Source: Nemertoderma westbladi (taxonomy: Eukaryota > Animalia > Xenacoelomorpha). From it: a stretch of DNA of 64,000 bases. The stretch is from the NCBI GenBank assembly GCA_032718475.1, contig JAUCBJ010004241.1, forward strand, positions 15,619-79,618. The letters run 5' to 3'. The stretch's first letter is position 1; every line of letters starts with the position of its first letter. The notes beneath the pieces are model-generated. The model did not search any database and had not been told where the DNA came from. It saw nothing but the letters and a program-made list of their open reading frames with translations. Below are positions 12,918-25,716 of the stretch, one piece after another. The translations under genes were made by a program, and so were the position numbers.

Positions 12918-14134
12918 TGTAAAAGCTTTTGCGGATATAATCAGTCCCCTTGCCCGCAAAGTACCGTTGTAGGTGTTTTAACGGACATAAAAGTCATTCT
13001 TCTATATGTGTGCTTTGGCGGACATGGCAAGGCACAAAACCCGCAATGCGTCAAATACTCTAGCACAGTGTAGCCTTGATGATTCAGATTACGACATCTA
13101 ACAGCTGGTTGCTGGCATGGAAACGGCCATTGGACACATGGTTCTTTGTTTAGCTTAACAGCCAATCAGGGCGATTTTTACTGTCGATGTGGAGATATTC
13201 TATAGATCGTGCTAGGAGTGTTCAGTCTTACTGTTTTTTCTTGATACTGTTTTGTTGTTTCTATCTAGGCCAAGAACACCGGCTCTGGAGTCAATTCGTT
13301 TCAGACTTTAGAAGAAACATTAGTAGGCTTAGATTATAGAACGTATAACTGTTATCGGCTCAATCAACACGGCCCAATTAATAGCGCAGTAGCGCAGCGG
13401 TACAATCTTATATTGTTATAATCTTAACCTACCGTCTTAATGCTTTTTACTGTTGTTATTATTTGTATCAGTTGGTTGAATATTATTATTTGGAGAACAT
13501 CTATAAAGAACCCAAATTTCCCAATTTTCTTGATACACTACAGGTTAGAGAGACAGGTTACATATAGCGATTGCGACTTATATTATCGTGGTTTGTAGTG
13601 AGTTTAATGCTATTTGATAGGCACTACATGAGTCAATTGCTGTTCTCTTTATATATGATAAAATTCATTGACGGTCGGCAGATTAGTGTGCAGTATTGTG
13701 TGGTACCGGTAGTGTGCATGATTGTGGCTGATAACTAAGCATTTCCTAAAGAATGCGCCTCATACGTGAATCATAAGCCTTACAGTCTTACAGTTGTGTT
13801 TAGTATAAGTCATATCTCTGTTTATCTAGATAGAGCGCCACGTCCTAAAGGAACTGTTAATATTTCCCGAAAGTGAATAATATTGGTCAGAAATTATTTA
13901 TTAACGATCAATCGAATAATACAGTAAGCTTACACTGCAATAACAATCTAAGCCCATCCGAATCCAGTCTCCCGGGTATATCCAGCGGGTGAATGGACGC
14001 GCACTAGGCTGGCTTCGGCTAATGTTGTGTTTATTGGTATTAAATATTTGTCATTTACTAAAGTCTATTTATAAACCAAAAGACATATAAATTTTGGCAG
14101 GTTAAACTGCTAAAGGTCTTCAAAAGCGCGTACA
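12918..14134 (+). repeat. 3' LTR of element 1 (1217 bp)
   Basis: Direct repeat of 1783-3002 followed by TSD ACGTT. Confidence 0.97.
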
Positions 14135-16828
14135 ACGTTTTCTTCTCAGAGTGTCCTTCTCCAGCACTATTGTCTACTATAACCATGTTGGTTACTTTGG
14201 TTTAATTCAACGTTTTCTTCTCAGAGCGTCCCTCTCCAGCACTATTGTCTACTATAACCATGTTGGTTACTTTGGTTTAATTCAACGTTTTCTTCTCAGA
14301 GTGTCCCTCTCCAGCACTATTGTCTACTATTACTTTGGTTTAATTCAACGTTTTATTCCCAGAGTGTCCCTGTACAGCACTATTGTCTACTATAACCATG
14401 TTGGTTACTTTGGTTTAATTCAACGTTTTCTTCTCAGAGTGTCCCTCTCCAGCACTATTGTCTACTATAACCATGTTGGTTACTTTGGTTTAATTCAACG
14501 TTTTCTTCTCAGAGTGTCCCTCTCCAGCACTATTGTCTACTATAACCATGTTGGTTATGGTTACTTTGGTTTAATTCAACGTTTTCTTCTCAGAGTGTCC
14601 CTCTCCAGCACTATTGTCTACTATAACCATGTTGGTTACTTTGGTTTAATTCAACGTTTTCTTCTCAGAGTGTCCCTCTCCAGCACTATTGTCTACTATA
14701 ACCATGTTGGTTACTTTGGTTTAATTCAACGTTTTTTTCTCAGAGTGTCCCTCTCCAGCACTATTGTCTACTATAACCATGTTGGTTACTTTGGTTTAAT
14801 TCAACGTTCTCTTCTCAGAGTGTCCCTCTCCAGCACTATTGTCTACTATAACCATGTTGGTTACTTTGGTTTAATTCAACGTTTTCTTCTCAGAGTGTCC
14901 CTCTCCAGCACTATTGTCTACTATAACCATGTTGGTTTCTTTGGTTTAATTCAACGTCTTCTTCTCAGAGTGTCCCTCTCCAGCACTATTGTCTACTATA
15001 ACCATGTTGGTTACTTTGGTTTAATTCAACGTTTTCTTCTCAGAGTGTCCCTCTCCAGCACTATTGTCTACTATAACCATGTTGGTTACTTTGGTTTAAT
15101 TCAACGTTTTCTTCTCAGAGTGTCCCTCTCCAGCACTATTGTCTACTATAACCATGTTGGTTACTTTGGTTTAATTCAACGTTTTCTTCTCAGAGTGTCC
15201 CTCTCCAGCACTATTGTCTACTATAACCATGTTGGTTACTTTGGTTTAATTCAACGGTTTCTTCTCAGAGTGTCCCTCTCCAGCACTATTGTCTACTATA
15301 ACCATGTTGGTTACTTTGGTTTAATTCAACGTTTTCTTCTCAGAGTGTCCCTCTCCAGCACTATTGTCTACTATAACCATGTTGGTTACTTTGGTTTAAT
15401 TCAACGTTTTCTTCTCAGAGTGTCCCTCTCCAGCACTATTGTCTACTATAACCATGTTGGTTTCTTTGGTTTAATTCAACGTTTTCTTCTCAGAGTGTCC
15501 CTCTCCAGCACTATTGTCTACTATAACCATGTTGGTTACTTTGGTTTAATTCAACGTTTTCTTCTCAGAGTGTCCCTCTCCAGCACTATTGTCTACTATA
15601 ACCATGTTGGTTACTTTGGTTTAATTCAACGTTTTCTTCTCAGAGTGTCCCTCTCCAGCACTATTGTCTACTATAACCATGTTGGTTACTTTGGTTTAAT
15701 TCAACGTTTTCTTCTCAGAGTGTCCCTCTCCAGCACTATTGTCTACTATAACCATGTTGGTTACTTTGGTTTAATTCAACGTTTTCTTCTCAGAGTGTCC
15801 CTCTCCAGCACTATTGTCTACTATAACCATGATGGTTACTTTGGTTTAATTCAACGTTTTCTTCTCAGAGTGTCCCTCTCCAGCACTATTGTCTACTATA
15901 ACCATGTTGGTTACTTTGGTTTAATTCAACGTTTTCTTCCCAGAGTGTCCCTGTACAGCACTATTGTCTACTATAACCATGTTGGTTACTTTGGTTTAAT
16001 TCAACGTTTTCTTCTCAGAGTGTCCCTCTCCAGCACTATTGTCTACTATAACCATGTTGGTTACTTTGGTTTAATTCAACGTTTTCTTCTCAGAGTGTCC
16101 CTCTCCAGCACTATTGTCTACTATAACCATGTTGGTTATGGTTACTTTGGTTTAATTCAACGTTTTCTTCTCAGAGTGTCCCTCTCCAGCACTATTGTCT
16201 ACTATAACCATGTTGGTTACTTTGGTTTAATTCAACGTTTTCTTCTCAGAGTGTCCCTCTCCAGCACTATTGTCTACTATAACCATGTTGGTTACTTTGG
16301 TTTAATTCAACGTTTTCTTCTCAGAGTGTCCCTCTCCAGCACTATTGTCTACTATAACCATGTTGGTTACTTTGGTTTAATTCAACGTTTTCTTCTCAGA
16401 GTGTCCCTCTCCAGCACTATTGTCTACTATAACCATGTTGGTTACTTTGGTTTAATTCAACGTTTTCTTCTCAGAGTGTCCCTCTCCAGCACTATTGTCT
16501 ACTATAACCATGTTGGTTATGGTTACTTTGGTTTAATTCAACGTTTTCTTCTCAGAGTGTCCCTCTCCAGCACTATTGTCTACTATAACCATGTTGGTTA
16601 CTTTGGTTTAATTCAACGTTTTCTTCTCAGAGTGTCCCTCTCCAGCACTATTGTCTACTATAACCATGTTGGTTACTTTGGTTTAATTCAACGTTTTCTT
16701 CTCAGAGTGTCCCTCTCCAGCACTATTGTCTACTATAACCATGTTGGTTACTTTGGTTTAATTCAACGTTTTCTTCTCAGAGTGTCCCTCTCCAGCACTA
16801 TTGTCTACTATAACCATGTTGGTTTCTT
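14135..16828. repeat. 75-bp tandem satellite, right part (~36 units), intronic in greatwall
   Basis: Same unit as 1-1782, resumes in register after the TSD; ends about 40 bp before a TTTTAG acceptor. Confidence 0.97.
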
Positions 16829-16869
16829 CAAAATAATTGTAATTAATTTCTTTCACTTATTTGTTTTAG

Positions 16870-18083
16870 GGAAGCCACCCCGAACAAAATTAGTCCGACT
16901 CAAATCAACCGGTTTGTCTGGAGTTATGAATGCTTTAACAGTGGGCGATAAACCCAAACTAACGAAAGTAACAGACAACAAAGACTCTCTTCCGAAATTT
17001 AAACCCTTAAAAGATGTTAAACAATTTCAGTTTTTATTGGGTGGCGATTCGCCATTGATTCGAAAAGATTGTCCAATTAATGAGCTGGAAAGGGATTTTA
17101 TATTTATGACTCCAGAGAAAAAACATACAAACGTAAAGGAAAAAGAAACTATGTCGTGTGGTATACAGAGTAAAATAAATTTATCTGATGATATACATAT
17201 TGGTACAGAAAATGATTTAGAAGTGATTAATCGGAGTTTAAAAGAAATATCGTTTGACACAGAGAAGTCTTCTAGTCCGAAAACAAATAATTCATCAACT
17301 AAATCACGTTCAAGTCGGACGCAACATCGTCGACATAGCAACGAAATCGGAAGAACGAGACGCCATCTATCGACGAATATTGGATCTTCAGAAAGCGTTT
17401 CTCGTTCCGATAAACGCCGTCGGGTGGCGTCCGGGGACGACGTTCCTCTGGACTCCCTTCGCGTTAAGCGAACCACCGACTGGGTCGTAGGAATACCTTC
17501 GGGCGTCGATCGAACTCCCGCCCTCGATCAACCCAATAAGGTAACCCGATTCGAGACACCCACGCAGACCGGGCGAACTCCTAAAAGCGTGCGGCGTCGA
17601 GCGGAGTCTAGGTACACGCCCGCCAACGGGGAGTCCGCGTACCGGTTGCTAGGGACGCCCGAGTATCTCGCCCCGGAACTGTTGCTAGGCGACCGTAACC
17701 ACGGGGTTTCCGTCGACTGGTGGGCCTTGGGGGTCTGTCTGTACGAGTTCGTTACTGGGATTACGCCGTTCGTGGATGAGACCCCGGAGCTTGTGTTCGA
17801 GAACATTCTAGAGGGTTCCATGGAATGGCCGGAGGGTGACGAGGCACTTTCGCACGCGGTAATAGAGGCCATTACCGCCCTACTGAACAGCGACCCGCTA
17901 AAGAGACCGCATCTCGATGGACTTCGTAATGACTTGGCTGCCTTCTCGGGGGTACCATGGGATACAATTCGTGACGTCACTGCCCCGTTCATACCTCATC
18001 CAGATTCAGCAATCGATACGTCATACTTTGACGCCAAAAACAATCAACATGGTATTCAGCTATCTATGTGGGATCCATCTTGA
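16870..18083 (+). CDS. MASTL: Terminal coding exon of Greatwall/MASTL serine/threonine kinase
   Basis: RTPKSVRR motif, then GTPEYLAPELLL, VDWWALGVCLYEFVTG, EWPEGDEALS and AGC tail PFIPHPDSAIDTSYFDAKN; long S/R-rich insert before GTPEY is diagnostic of Greatwall; acceptor TTGTTTTAG at 16861-16869 (phase 1, inferred); upstream exons lie outside the window. Confidence 0.9.
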
Positions 18084-18422
18084 AACTCACTAACATTGTT
18101 TTGTCACTTTCATACAAATGGTATTTCTGTGACGATGGATTGTGACTTATAATGATTGTTTTTGTTTAGATTATTATACATTTAATATTTATTACTCTAA
18201 ATATAAATTTTAGTGGGAAATTAACATAATTTATAAAATATGTATCTTTTTACGGTGGGTGAGACTGTTTTATGAGGATCCAGTTGCTTAGGTTTCAGAC
18301 ACACCATGGGAGTTAGACAGTTAGACACGTTACCGATGCGCCCGCTACAGGTAGACCACTAATTACTTTCATTTTCCAGACAATCTGAATGCTGTCATAT
18401 ATAATTGGCCCTAATGCCTGTA

Positions 18423-20597
18423 CACCATGTCCTGGAATAGTGTCGTTATTCAGGTACCTGCCCCCCCCCCCCCCCAAATTTTTCAACAAATCTTAATTAG
18501 ATTGCATGAAATTTGAAACAGATATAGTTTCACCTCCCTCCTCCTCCGTGGGTGAGCCAGAAGTTTTATTTTTGCTTTCAATCTTTAGCTACAAGCGTTT
18601 AAAAAAGGTGCCTCCGATAATATTTCACCAGTTACATCGCAGTTATTCTTCAACCTTATAGTGATTTGTTGGTACTGATGGAAAGCTGGCCATGTAAAGA
18701 TTCCAAATATGTAACATAATCTGAATTTCGTTGAAAAATAGCTATGAAATAAAATAAATATGAGTGTTCAAAAGTAGCATGGTTTTGCATCTGCATGAGG
18801 CTATTTTATTCTATTAAATAAAAATACCATATTCTAGAACATTTTGTTTTTTTTATGAATAGCTACGTAATAGTATAATTTAAGAGGTAATTGCATTGTT
18901 GCCCAGCTGCGTATGGAATAAAAAAAATGTTCTAGAATATGGTACATTAATTATGTAAAAGCTTCTGTGGGATGTAACTGGCCCTTCGCCCCGCAACCCA
19001 GTTTTTCCCCCATACGCTAAAATACTCTGAAACCTACTGTAAAGGTTTTTCTGGGATATGACTGATTTGTTTTCTTTGCTAACCAGTTCCCCCCTCCAAG
19101 GCGTTGGAATCCTTTAGGAGGAATCTGAGCTGTTCGATTGGCCAGCCGGCTTGGGAAGGTTGCCCCAGTTACCCATAGCCCTGCGTTGAGTAGTTCTGAT
19201 TTCGACCAATCCCGAGCTACTGAACTGAAATTATCCTGTCTCACTGCTGATTACATGTGTTGAACGGGATTCTTGGAAAATAAGAGAGCTAAAGTCACGG
19301 GACTTTTGTTATGATTTTTATGATTTTGAGACTTTATTATCAGTGTTTTAAGACCGTGTTGAAATAGCGAAATGTTTTCTGCCTTTTTATAAGAACATTA
19401 GTAGGCTAAATTATAGAAAGCATAGCTATTATCGGTTCAATTCGCTATTAATGATTCATATCATTTTAATTCATTGATCTCATTACTTGCAATCTAATTG
19501 TATCTTAACCTACCGTCATACTGCTTTTACTGTTTGTAATTTTGTATCAGTATAATTGGATGTTATTAGTTGAAGAATATCAATAATCAACCCGCATTTT
19601 CCCAATATCCTTGATACACTACAGGTTAGAGAGAAGGGTTATGTACAACAATTGCGACTTTATTATTGTGTTTGTAGTGAATCTAATGTTGTTTGACAGA
19701 CACTACCTGAGTCCAGTGCATATCTCTTTATACCTGATCAAAGTCAGTAACTGTCGGCATATCAGTGAGCAGTGTTGTGCGTTACCGGTAGCGTGCGTGA
19801 TTGTAAAGTGATTTGGATCTGATAATAAAGCATTCCTAAAGAATGCGCCCTATGCTTGAAATTTAAGCCATATCGTTGTGTGTAATATCAGTCATAACTC
19901 TGTTTACATAGGTAGAGCGCCACGTCCTAAAAGGAACTGCTAATATTTCCCGAAAGTGAATAATATTTGTCAGAGATTATATATTAGTAATCAATCGAAT
20001 AATACAGTAGGCTTGACCGCAAATAAATTTAAGCCCACGAATCCAGTCTCCCGGTGTTATAAACGGGTCATTTGGACGCGCATGGACTGGCTTCGGCTAA
20101 TGTTTTTGGTTTGTTTTGTATTAAATCTTATCATCTTAAAAAAGGCAGATTATCAATAAAGACATATAAATTTCGGCAGGTTAAACTGCTGAAGGTCTAT
20201 AAAAGCGCGTACAAATTACATCGAATAAATGACCTTCATAGGAAGCAAATACATACAACATTCGAATGCCCATATCTCAGCTATTTCCCAACCAAATTCA
20301 AATGTTTTTACATATTTGGAATCCTTGCATGGGCAGCTTTCTATTGGTACCATCACAATAAGGTTGTAGAATGATTGCACTGCGACCTGTGAAATATTGC
20401 CTGAGACACCTTTTTCAAACGCTTGTAGCTAAAGATTGAAAGCAAAAATAAAAATTCTGGCTCACCCAGTAAGGAGGAGGGAGGTGAAACTGTCTCTATT
20501 TCAATTTTCATGCAATCTCATTAAGATTTGTAGAAAAAATGGGGGGGGGGGGGGGGGCAGGTACCTGAATAACGACACTATATTCCAGGACATGGTG
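18423..20597. mobile_element. Long-TIR MITE (TA target, Tc1/mariner-like termini) interrupted by a solo LTR
   Basis: TA-CACCATGTCCTGGAATA ... TATTCCAGGACATGGTG-TA; TIRs of several hundred bp containing poly-C/poly-G; ~910 bp without the LTR. Confidence 0.88.
18954..20213 (+). mobile_element. Solo LTR of a third subfamily of the same BEL/Pao family (1260 bp)
   Basis: TGTAAAAGCTTCTG ... AAAAGCGCGTACA; TSD AATTA at 18949-18953 and 20214-20218; 3' two-thirds homologous to the other LTRs. Confidence 0.93.
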
Positions 20598-20630
20598 TAG
20601 TACCGGTATAGTGAGTGGTACAGGGTGTAG

Positions 20631-20890
20631 TACAGGACATTGCTTTCGCCGTGAGGACCAGCCAGTGCATAATCTTGTACTTTGGCAGCCTCATGGAGTG
20701 AATAAGCATGGTGGACAGCCCATGACTTTCTTGAGACGCATCTTAAAGGACACTGGTCTTGAAGATGCGGATGATCTAGCAAATGTCATGGGTGATAGGG
20801 AGTTGTGGCGGCGCAATTTTGTCAACAAGCCGGCACAGCATTCTTAAAAATGCAGCTGCAATGCATCATGCCGATACTAGTACTAGTACC
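20631..20890 (+). mobile_element. 3' fragment of RTE-like LINE
   Basis: GHCFRREDQPVHNLVLWQP...DTGLE...MGDRELWR C-terminal motif; near-identical to 60426-60650. Confidence 0.75.
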
Positions 20891-20896
20891 GGTATA

Positions 20897-21857
20897 CACC
20901 ATGTCCCAGAATATAGTGTCGTAATTCAGTGACACGCCCCACCCCCCCCCCCCCCCCCCCCCCCTAATTTTTTTACAAATCGTGATGAGATTGCATGAAA
21001 TTTGAAATAGAGACAGTTTCACCTCCCGGCCACTGACTGGGTGAGCCAGAATTTTTATTTTTGCTTTCAATCTTTAGCTACATGCGTTTAAAAAAAGTGT
21101 CTCCAGCGATATTACACCAGTTACACCGCAGTTATTCTTCAACCTTATAGTGATTTGTTGGTACTGATAAAAAGCTGACCGTACAAGGATTCCAAATATG
21201 TAAGAGAATTTGAATTTCGTTGAAAAATAGCGGAGATATGGGCGTTCAAATGTTGCATGGTTATGCACCTGCGCGAGGCTATTTTATTCTATTTAATAAA
21301 TACATCATAATCTCGAATATTTTGTTTATCCAAATACGTAGCTGGGCAACAATGCATTACATCTTTAATTATACTATTATGTAGCTATTCATACATTAAA
21401 AAAATGTTCCAGAATATGGTTTATTTATTAATAGAATAAAATAGCCTCGTGTCGTTGCGAAACGATGCAAAATTTGAACGCTCATATCTCAGCTAATTTT
21501 CAACGAATTCCAAATTGTGTTACATATTTGGAATCCTTGCATGACCAGCTTTCCATTGGTACCAACAAACAGCTATAAGGTAGAAGAATAATTGCGGTGT
21601 AACTGGTGTAATATTGCTTAAATAAATTGGAGATGAGCAAACCCATTGTAATATTGCTGAGAGACACTTTTTTTTAAAGCATGTAGCTAAAGATTGAAAA
21701 CAAAAATAAAAATTCTGGCTCACCCAGTCAGTGGTCGGGAGGTGAAACTATCTCTGTTTCAAATTTCATGCAATCTCAGTACGATTTGTAAAAAAATTAG
21801 GGGGGGGGGGGGGGGGGCAGGTACCTGAATAACGACACTATATTCCAGGACATGGTA
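20897..21857. mobile_element. Second copy of the long-TIR MITE (961 bp), core inverted relative to 18423-20597
   Basis: TA-CACCATGTCCCAGAATATAG ... CTATATTCCAGGACATGGTA-TA; almost fully palindromic. Confidence 0.9.
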
Positions 21858-21989
21858 TATTTAACGATAGTACGCAGCACCATCTGTGTACAATAAACGA
21901 TTGAATCACTATAACATTATAAGCATATATAACATATTATAACATTATTATTCACCCGTCTGGGTCTGTAAAGCGTTTTCGGTGTCGCT

Positions 21990-23464
21990 TACAGTCAAAC
22001 CCAACCGATACCTTTCGACACCGACATCTCTAACTCCAATTTAGTTGCGGATGCTCTGATGATGAAAACTCACATCGTAGAGCCCATCCGCGATGAAACT
22101 GATGAATGGATTATCGAGGTCACCTGGTCCATACCTGGTCGAGCTTATCAAATGAAATGAAGACTTTAATTCGGGATAAGAACCTCGAAAGACGTCCTCT
22201 CCATTCCCCGTTCTATGCGACTCAGGACCACCCGGATTTCATCTTACTCGGTCAACATTGTGTAATGAAACCCGAGGATCCCGCCTGCAGCATGGATTTT
22301 CTATCTCTAGTTAATCCCTGTCACGTCAGTGAGCGTATCTAACACAAATCTATTACATTAACTAAACGCATGTTTATAGTCTATAGTAATTTTATATAAC
22401 CAAACCAAGTAACCACTTCTGAATAATGTAGTTATAATGTATACCACACGATGTCGGAAGACGGTGGAATAAAGGTCAAATTCAGCAGGGAAAAAGTTTG
22501 ATCTGTTTCAGACATTTTTACATAGAAGAAGCTAAAATTATACTGGTGCTTGTAGAGAACTGTATGGTTTATGACTTTGACGAATAGCAAATAGAAAGAC
22601 AGATATTGGTAGAAAATCCTTATATAATGAAAAACGTAATTACAATATCCAACAATATTATATTATACTTAGGAGTTATTATTGTTCAAATAATATAGGA
22701 AGTACCGTCTTTTTACCACTCCCTAATAATCGTGTTCAATTATATCTTTAATTAACTATTATAAGAATATTGGATTAATAACTGTGTTTTATTAATTATT
22801 GAGCATGGGTTTGAAGGGGTGCGTAAACTACTTGAAAAGACTGTGAATTAAGGCTTGTTATCATGGTCCGCTCAAGACAATCCCCTCGACATTACCAAGA
22901 TTGAGCCTCTGCAGAAGCATCTCGACCATGTAATAAAGTTAAATACCTTTCGACTCGACCCAAAGGGATGACGAAACATCCCTTATGAAACATTAGATTG
23001 TGGGAATATTCCACGGATTGCATCGCATTGCATACCTTGGACATACCTCGCGTCTCGCTGAGGAAACAGTTAAACCAATGAAGTATGCTTCAGACCGAGG
23101 AGGTGTTGCAACTTCGTCCCAAACACTCAAGGGACCGGTTACCGCTGCCATTTTGAAACGAACGGTACAATCCGCACTTTCCTCCTCTGTTCGATCCTCC
23201 CTGGCCAAGACGCTCCGTAAAGGTTTGAAATTATTGCGCTATTCCGTCCCCACTTCAATCGCGGTTAGCGACCCTCAACTGGGAACATCTACCGGTGGAA
23301 CAACCATACGAACTGTCGCACACCTTTCTGACTCATTGGAACTTCATCCTTCCACCGCTGAAGGGCTACGAGTGCAAGGTTCTCCGCCTCCGGTACCTGG
23401 TAATGGCTCTCCACCACCGAAACGTCGCAAGCGACCCCCCAAGAAGAAAAAGACCCGGAAATAA
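21990..23464 (+). pseudogene. Diverged relic of the BEL/Pao accessory ORF
   Basis: MKPEDPACSMDFLSLVNP vs MVKPEDPTHSLRFLPLINP; EPLQKHLDHVIKLNTF (~22900) vs EQLQKHLDQLVKVNSF; GPVTAAILKR...GTSTGG...ELHPS...basic tail vs GPVGAAVLRR...GTSTGG...VLHPS; interrupted by AT-rich DNA at about 22340-22880. Confidence 0.8.
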
Positions 23465-24429
23465 ACGTTATTTTTGTGGTTACTTTTTATTACGACTATT
23501 TTACTTTATGGACTCATATTTCTACTTTATATTATATACTGAAAATAAGTAAGTGGTACCCTCAATAATTCATTTAGCTTATTTTGTTCACGAGCTGAAA
23601 CATGTTATATATATTAGATATACTCTTTGGCACTACAATTTTGCTGATCTAGAAGTAATTGGTACCCCAATAATTAATTTAGTTTTGTTCACGAGCTGAG
23701 ATATTTTATATGCTAGATATATTTTGTACATAATTTGAGTTTGCTATTATTGATTGAGATATTTTACATGCTAGACATCTTTCTGTGCATAATTCGGGTT
23801 TGCCCCTTTGCTTTTGCCACTGTGCTAGCTAAATGAATGGAAGCGGTGTTAATGCAAATGTTTTCTTTGCGATTTTAGTTTACTTATTTTGCTCAATTTA
23901 AGTTTAAAGTTCCTTTTTTTGTTGATAAGGTTAATTGCGTTCTAATATTCCGATTTCTTAGTTCAGAACCATCAGTTGTAACCTTGACGCCATCTGGTGT
24001 CATTATATATATATAGTCAGCCTAGCTTGAATACCTTATTTGTGATGTCTAGGTGGCGCTACTGTACATTCCTTTTGAAGTATAAATGCTATGGGTCCAA
24101 TGGCCTGCATTCACTCTTACTATTACCATTGCCATTAATTGTTTAGTGGAGTCATACTTATCCATGTAAAGGGTAAAAACCCCGGTCAACTTTAATTGAC
24201 TGGTGATTATTACTTCTGTTTCTGTATTTCATTGTTTTGTCTACAAATAAATTATACATTCGTTGGTTATAATTATTTGTTATAATATTTGATATCGTAC
24301 CGGTAAATTCAATTTATTTGCTTCTGTTATTGGATTAATATAACATCGCTGATATCCCGAGATCAAAGACATTTTCTAGACACCAAACCCAGGTAGGTCT
24401 CTATAGCTAAGCATTATTGATAATTTGGC

Positions 24430-24643
24430 GAAGTAAAGACGATGTCATACCAGATCTTCTTCTCTGGCAACCAACTCATGGAAAGCGTAGTCGTGGACGA
24501 CTGGCCATAACATATATAGATCAACTTGAAGATACTGAACTTGGGAGAAACGAAATTGCGACAACTATGGAGAATCGGGAAGTCTGGAAGGATCTCATTT
24601 CCACTGTCCGAGTTCGCTCGACCTAGTACAGTAGTAGTAGTAT
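24430..24643 (+). mobile_element. 3' fragment of a second RTE-like LINE with (TAG)n tail
   Basis: DLLLWQPTHGKRSRGR...TYIDQL...MENREVW motif followed by AGTAGTAGTAG. Confidence 0.75.
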
Positions 24644-25716
24644 TGATAATCTGGACAATTGTGTCAGATTTATGTGTGTTGTCTTACCTCTAACCCCATA
24701 AATAATTAATCTATGGCGATATTTCTGACCTGTAATGCAAGTGAAGCTCTTAATATTAATAACACCATGATTGAGAGTTGTCATAAATTGAATACCATAG
24801 CGATAATAATATAAACAGATACAGAAAAGTTGCAATACGTTTCCTGAAACACAATCGCCAGACTTGAGCCCTTACGTAATTAATTAGTCAGACATTTACT
24901 TATGCTATTGTGCCGCCACACCCTCGCGGTACTGTATGCTAGTTAAATATAATAGATGATGAATTACCGTTATAGACTGAGCGAAACATTGAGCAAATCA
25001 ATACAATTGTGGGGAAGAGGGAATAAAAGTGATTCACTAGAACAGCCTTCCATTGAAGGTACACTAGCGCCATTACCATTTCAGTGTCTCAGACTGGGTG
25101 TTTTACTCTCATTCTTGTGTGCTCTACAAAACAATCGGAAAGAGTCAAAATATATAAAATAGAGGTTAAAAACGTATTTTTTGTCAAATCCTACTCCAAG
25201 TCGTAAAGAAATATGTCGAATTTTTAGACACTGACTAATTAATTGAAGCAGTGGATGTACTACTAATCCTACCTACCTGGACTTAGGTAACCGAAAACGT
25301 AGCGAATAGGACCGCCAAATTAAAGATAATTATAATAACTATTTTACATCATCGTGTGAAAAGTAGAACTTTTCAGCGTTATGATCAGAGTCAATTTATT
25401 TACCGAGCGATCGCAGCGAGGGAGTTTTACATAAATATTTAAAGGTCATAATTAATGAAATTCACATCATTTTTATGCAATTAATTGCAATGAATAAAGG
25501 TATCAGCTTCATTACACCAACACCGCTGTGCTATCCAGCGTTGGTCATATGGTAGGATATTTTTATTTAATTATTTCCAATTAAACATTAAATTAAATAT
25601 TACACCAAATTAATTTGATAATGTTAACATTATTAATATGTTACTCCTAACATTAGCAATAATGTTACTACTTACAGTATATAAAGTTAAATTTACATTA
25701 TTACAGACTTAATGTT

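Larger units (their letters stand above)
1783..14134 (+). mobile_element. BEL/Pao LTR retrotransposon, internally deleted non-autonomous copy (element 1)
   Basis: TG...CA LTRs at 1783-3002 and 12918-14134; 5-bp TSD ACGTT at 1778-1782 and 14135-14139; BEL-type gag and protease; RT, most of RNase H and integrase missing relative to element 2. Confidence 0.96.

Noticed and set aside
14151-18083. 1310-aa ORF as a single repeat-kinase fusion protein
   Set aside because: Kinase N-lobe is absent and a good acceptor lies at 16869; better explained as intron plus terminal greatwall exon
21967-21985. TGTAAAGCGTTTTCGG resembling the LTR start
   Set aside because: Similarity limited to about 15 bp with no further LTR homology or TSD
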